From: Candidatus Thorarchaeota archaeon | GTDB lineage: Archaea; Asgardarchaeota; Thorarchaeia; Thorarchaeales; Thorarchaeaceae | Reading direction: 5' to 3' | Assembly: GCA_046758445.1 (NCBI GenBank) | Contig: JBHIAE010000002.1 | Coordinates: forward strand, 48,994-72,993 | DNA: 24,000 bases | In this document: positions 23,153-24,000 of the stretch, one piece after another | Position numbering within the stretch: the stretch's first letter is position 1 | Layout of the letters: the number at the start of each line of letters is the position of its first letter | The notes under the pieces: generated by a model | Database searches by the model: none | Told to the model about the DNA's origin: nothing | Seen by the model: only the letters and a program-made list of their open reading frames with translations | Position numbers and translations under genes: made by a program

Positions 23153-24000
23153 ATGCGCTTTGGAGTGGTCGCAATCGAGTTCATACCTGCAGTAGAGAGG
23201 ATTGTCGCCGGTGGTACTCCTGATTTCTCACGCATCAACCTAGTTGAGATTGTCCAAGAAGCCGTAGAAATCGAGCATATCCGAGTTGTGGAAATCCCAA
23301 TGGAGATTGAACAGATGGTGCCTGGTTCGCTGACACCTGAAGTCATTTCCAGATTGGCAGACCTGAAAGAAGAATTAGGCCATTCATACACAGTCCATCT
23401 GCCGTTTTGGTCCATTGAACTCTCAACTTTCAACGAAACGATTAGATCTGCCAGCGTGGACAGTATAGTGCACTCCATAGAACTTGCAGAGGAACTTGCC
23501 CCTGAAATCTATGTACTTCATTCTACAGGAAGCTTGGCCGCAGAATATACCAAGCAGGGCTTTGCGGAAAGCATGAATCTGTTAGTGTGTGGGTATATGA
23601 CATCATTTGCCATGAAGAGTGTGGAGGAGATAGTCACCAAGTCTGAGATTGACCCTTACAAGCTTGCGTTGGAGAATGTTGAGTTCCCCTTCGACTTCAC
23701 CCGCGACGTAGTTGACGAGTTCAACACTGGCGTATGTTTTGATACAGGACACATGCTCACTAAGCAGTCAGGAGATGAAACGCTGTCCGAATTCTATCGA
23801 AAGCATCGTGACCGAATCACAGAGATTCACCTAAATGATGGCGTAGTTGAGAAGAACGAGGCTGGGGGCTATCAGGACCACTTGGTACTCGGTCGAGGTG
23901 AGATGCCAGTTCGGGACTTCTTGATGGAGCTCATCAAAGACAAGTTTGAAGGACCTCTGATATTCGAGCTGACGACCGAAGAAACAGTCGAGTCACTAGA
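23153..24000 (+). CDS. Xylose-isomerase-like TIM-barrel protein (sugar phosphate isomerase/epimerase family), 3' end outside the window
   Basis: I translated this by hand. It is open from ATG 23153 to the window edge (282 codons): MRFGVVAIEF...YVLHSTGS...LALENVEFPF...CFDTGHML...ITEIHLNDG...HLVLGRGEMP. It is absent from the ORF track because it has no stop. The antisense ORF 23131-23478 is its shadow. Confidence 0.7.
   Translation, partial: MRFGVVAIEFIPAVERIVAGGTPDFSRINLVEIVQEAVEIEHIRVVEIPMEIEQMVPGSLTPEVISRLADLKEELGHSYTVHLPFWSIELSTFNETIRSASVDSIVHSIELAEELAPEIYVLHSTGSLAAEYTKQGFAESMNLLVCGYMTSFAMKSVEEIVTKSEIDPYKLALENVEFPFDFTRDVVDEFNTGVCFDTGHMLTKQSGDETLSEFYRKHRDRITEIHLNDGVVEKNEAGGYQDHLVLGRGEMPVRDFLMELIKDKFEGPLIFELTTEETVESL

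Noticed and set aside
1-24000. CRISPR arrays, IS elements or transposases, integrases, toxin-antitoxin or other known defence modules
   Set aside because: I looked on both strands. There are no regularly spaced direct repeats, no terminal inverted repeats flanking an ORF, and no DDE, tyrosine or serine recombinase motifs. The only nuclease-like gene is the broken HNH gene.

Overview
This is a gene-dense archaeal chromosomal segment. The archaeal assignment rests on archaeal/eukaryal-type uL3-uL4-uL23-uL2, SRP19, Gar1, Trm1, a TFE-beta/RPC34-like factor and a diglycine SAMP. Finer taxonomy cannot be resolved from the sequence alone.

Left to right the window holds:
- the 3' part of a glycyl radical enzyme;
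- a ribosomal-protein operon that ends after uL2;
- an RHH (CdrS-like) gene and ftsZ with overlapping stop and start;
- a two-domain LSm protein;
- korB-korC with no korA;
- a SAMP-type ubiquitin-like protein;
- a tetrahydromethanopterin C1 module, with fwdC-mch divergent from ftr;
- a HEAT-like protein.

Next comes a roughly 3 kb islet (about 11.9-14.9 kb) that looks more AT-rich by eye. It contains:
- an HTH plus tandem-HNH gene broken by a single in-frame TGA;
- tRNA-Thr(GGU) with a 32-nt non-canonical T-arm intron sitting in a bulge-helix-bulge;
- three uncharacterised small ORFs;
- tRNA-Pro(UGG);
- a 400-bp non-coding tract with a decayed copy of the tRNA-Pro promoter motif and 3' half.

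After the islet come an XRE regulator, pyrB, dCMP deaminase, srp19, gar1, the TFE-beta-like gene, rlmE, trm1, a cyclophilin and a K+-independent-type H+-PPase. A 5'-partial TIM-barrel isomerase ORF runs off the right edge and is missing from the ORF track.

I saw no CRISPR array, transposase, integrase or recognisable defence system. The most unusual material is the tRNA-associated islet, not a clearly novel multi-gene system. All functional calls come from reading motifs in the translations; no database search was run.
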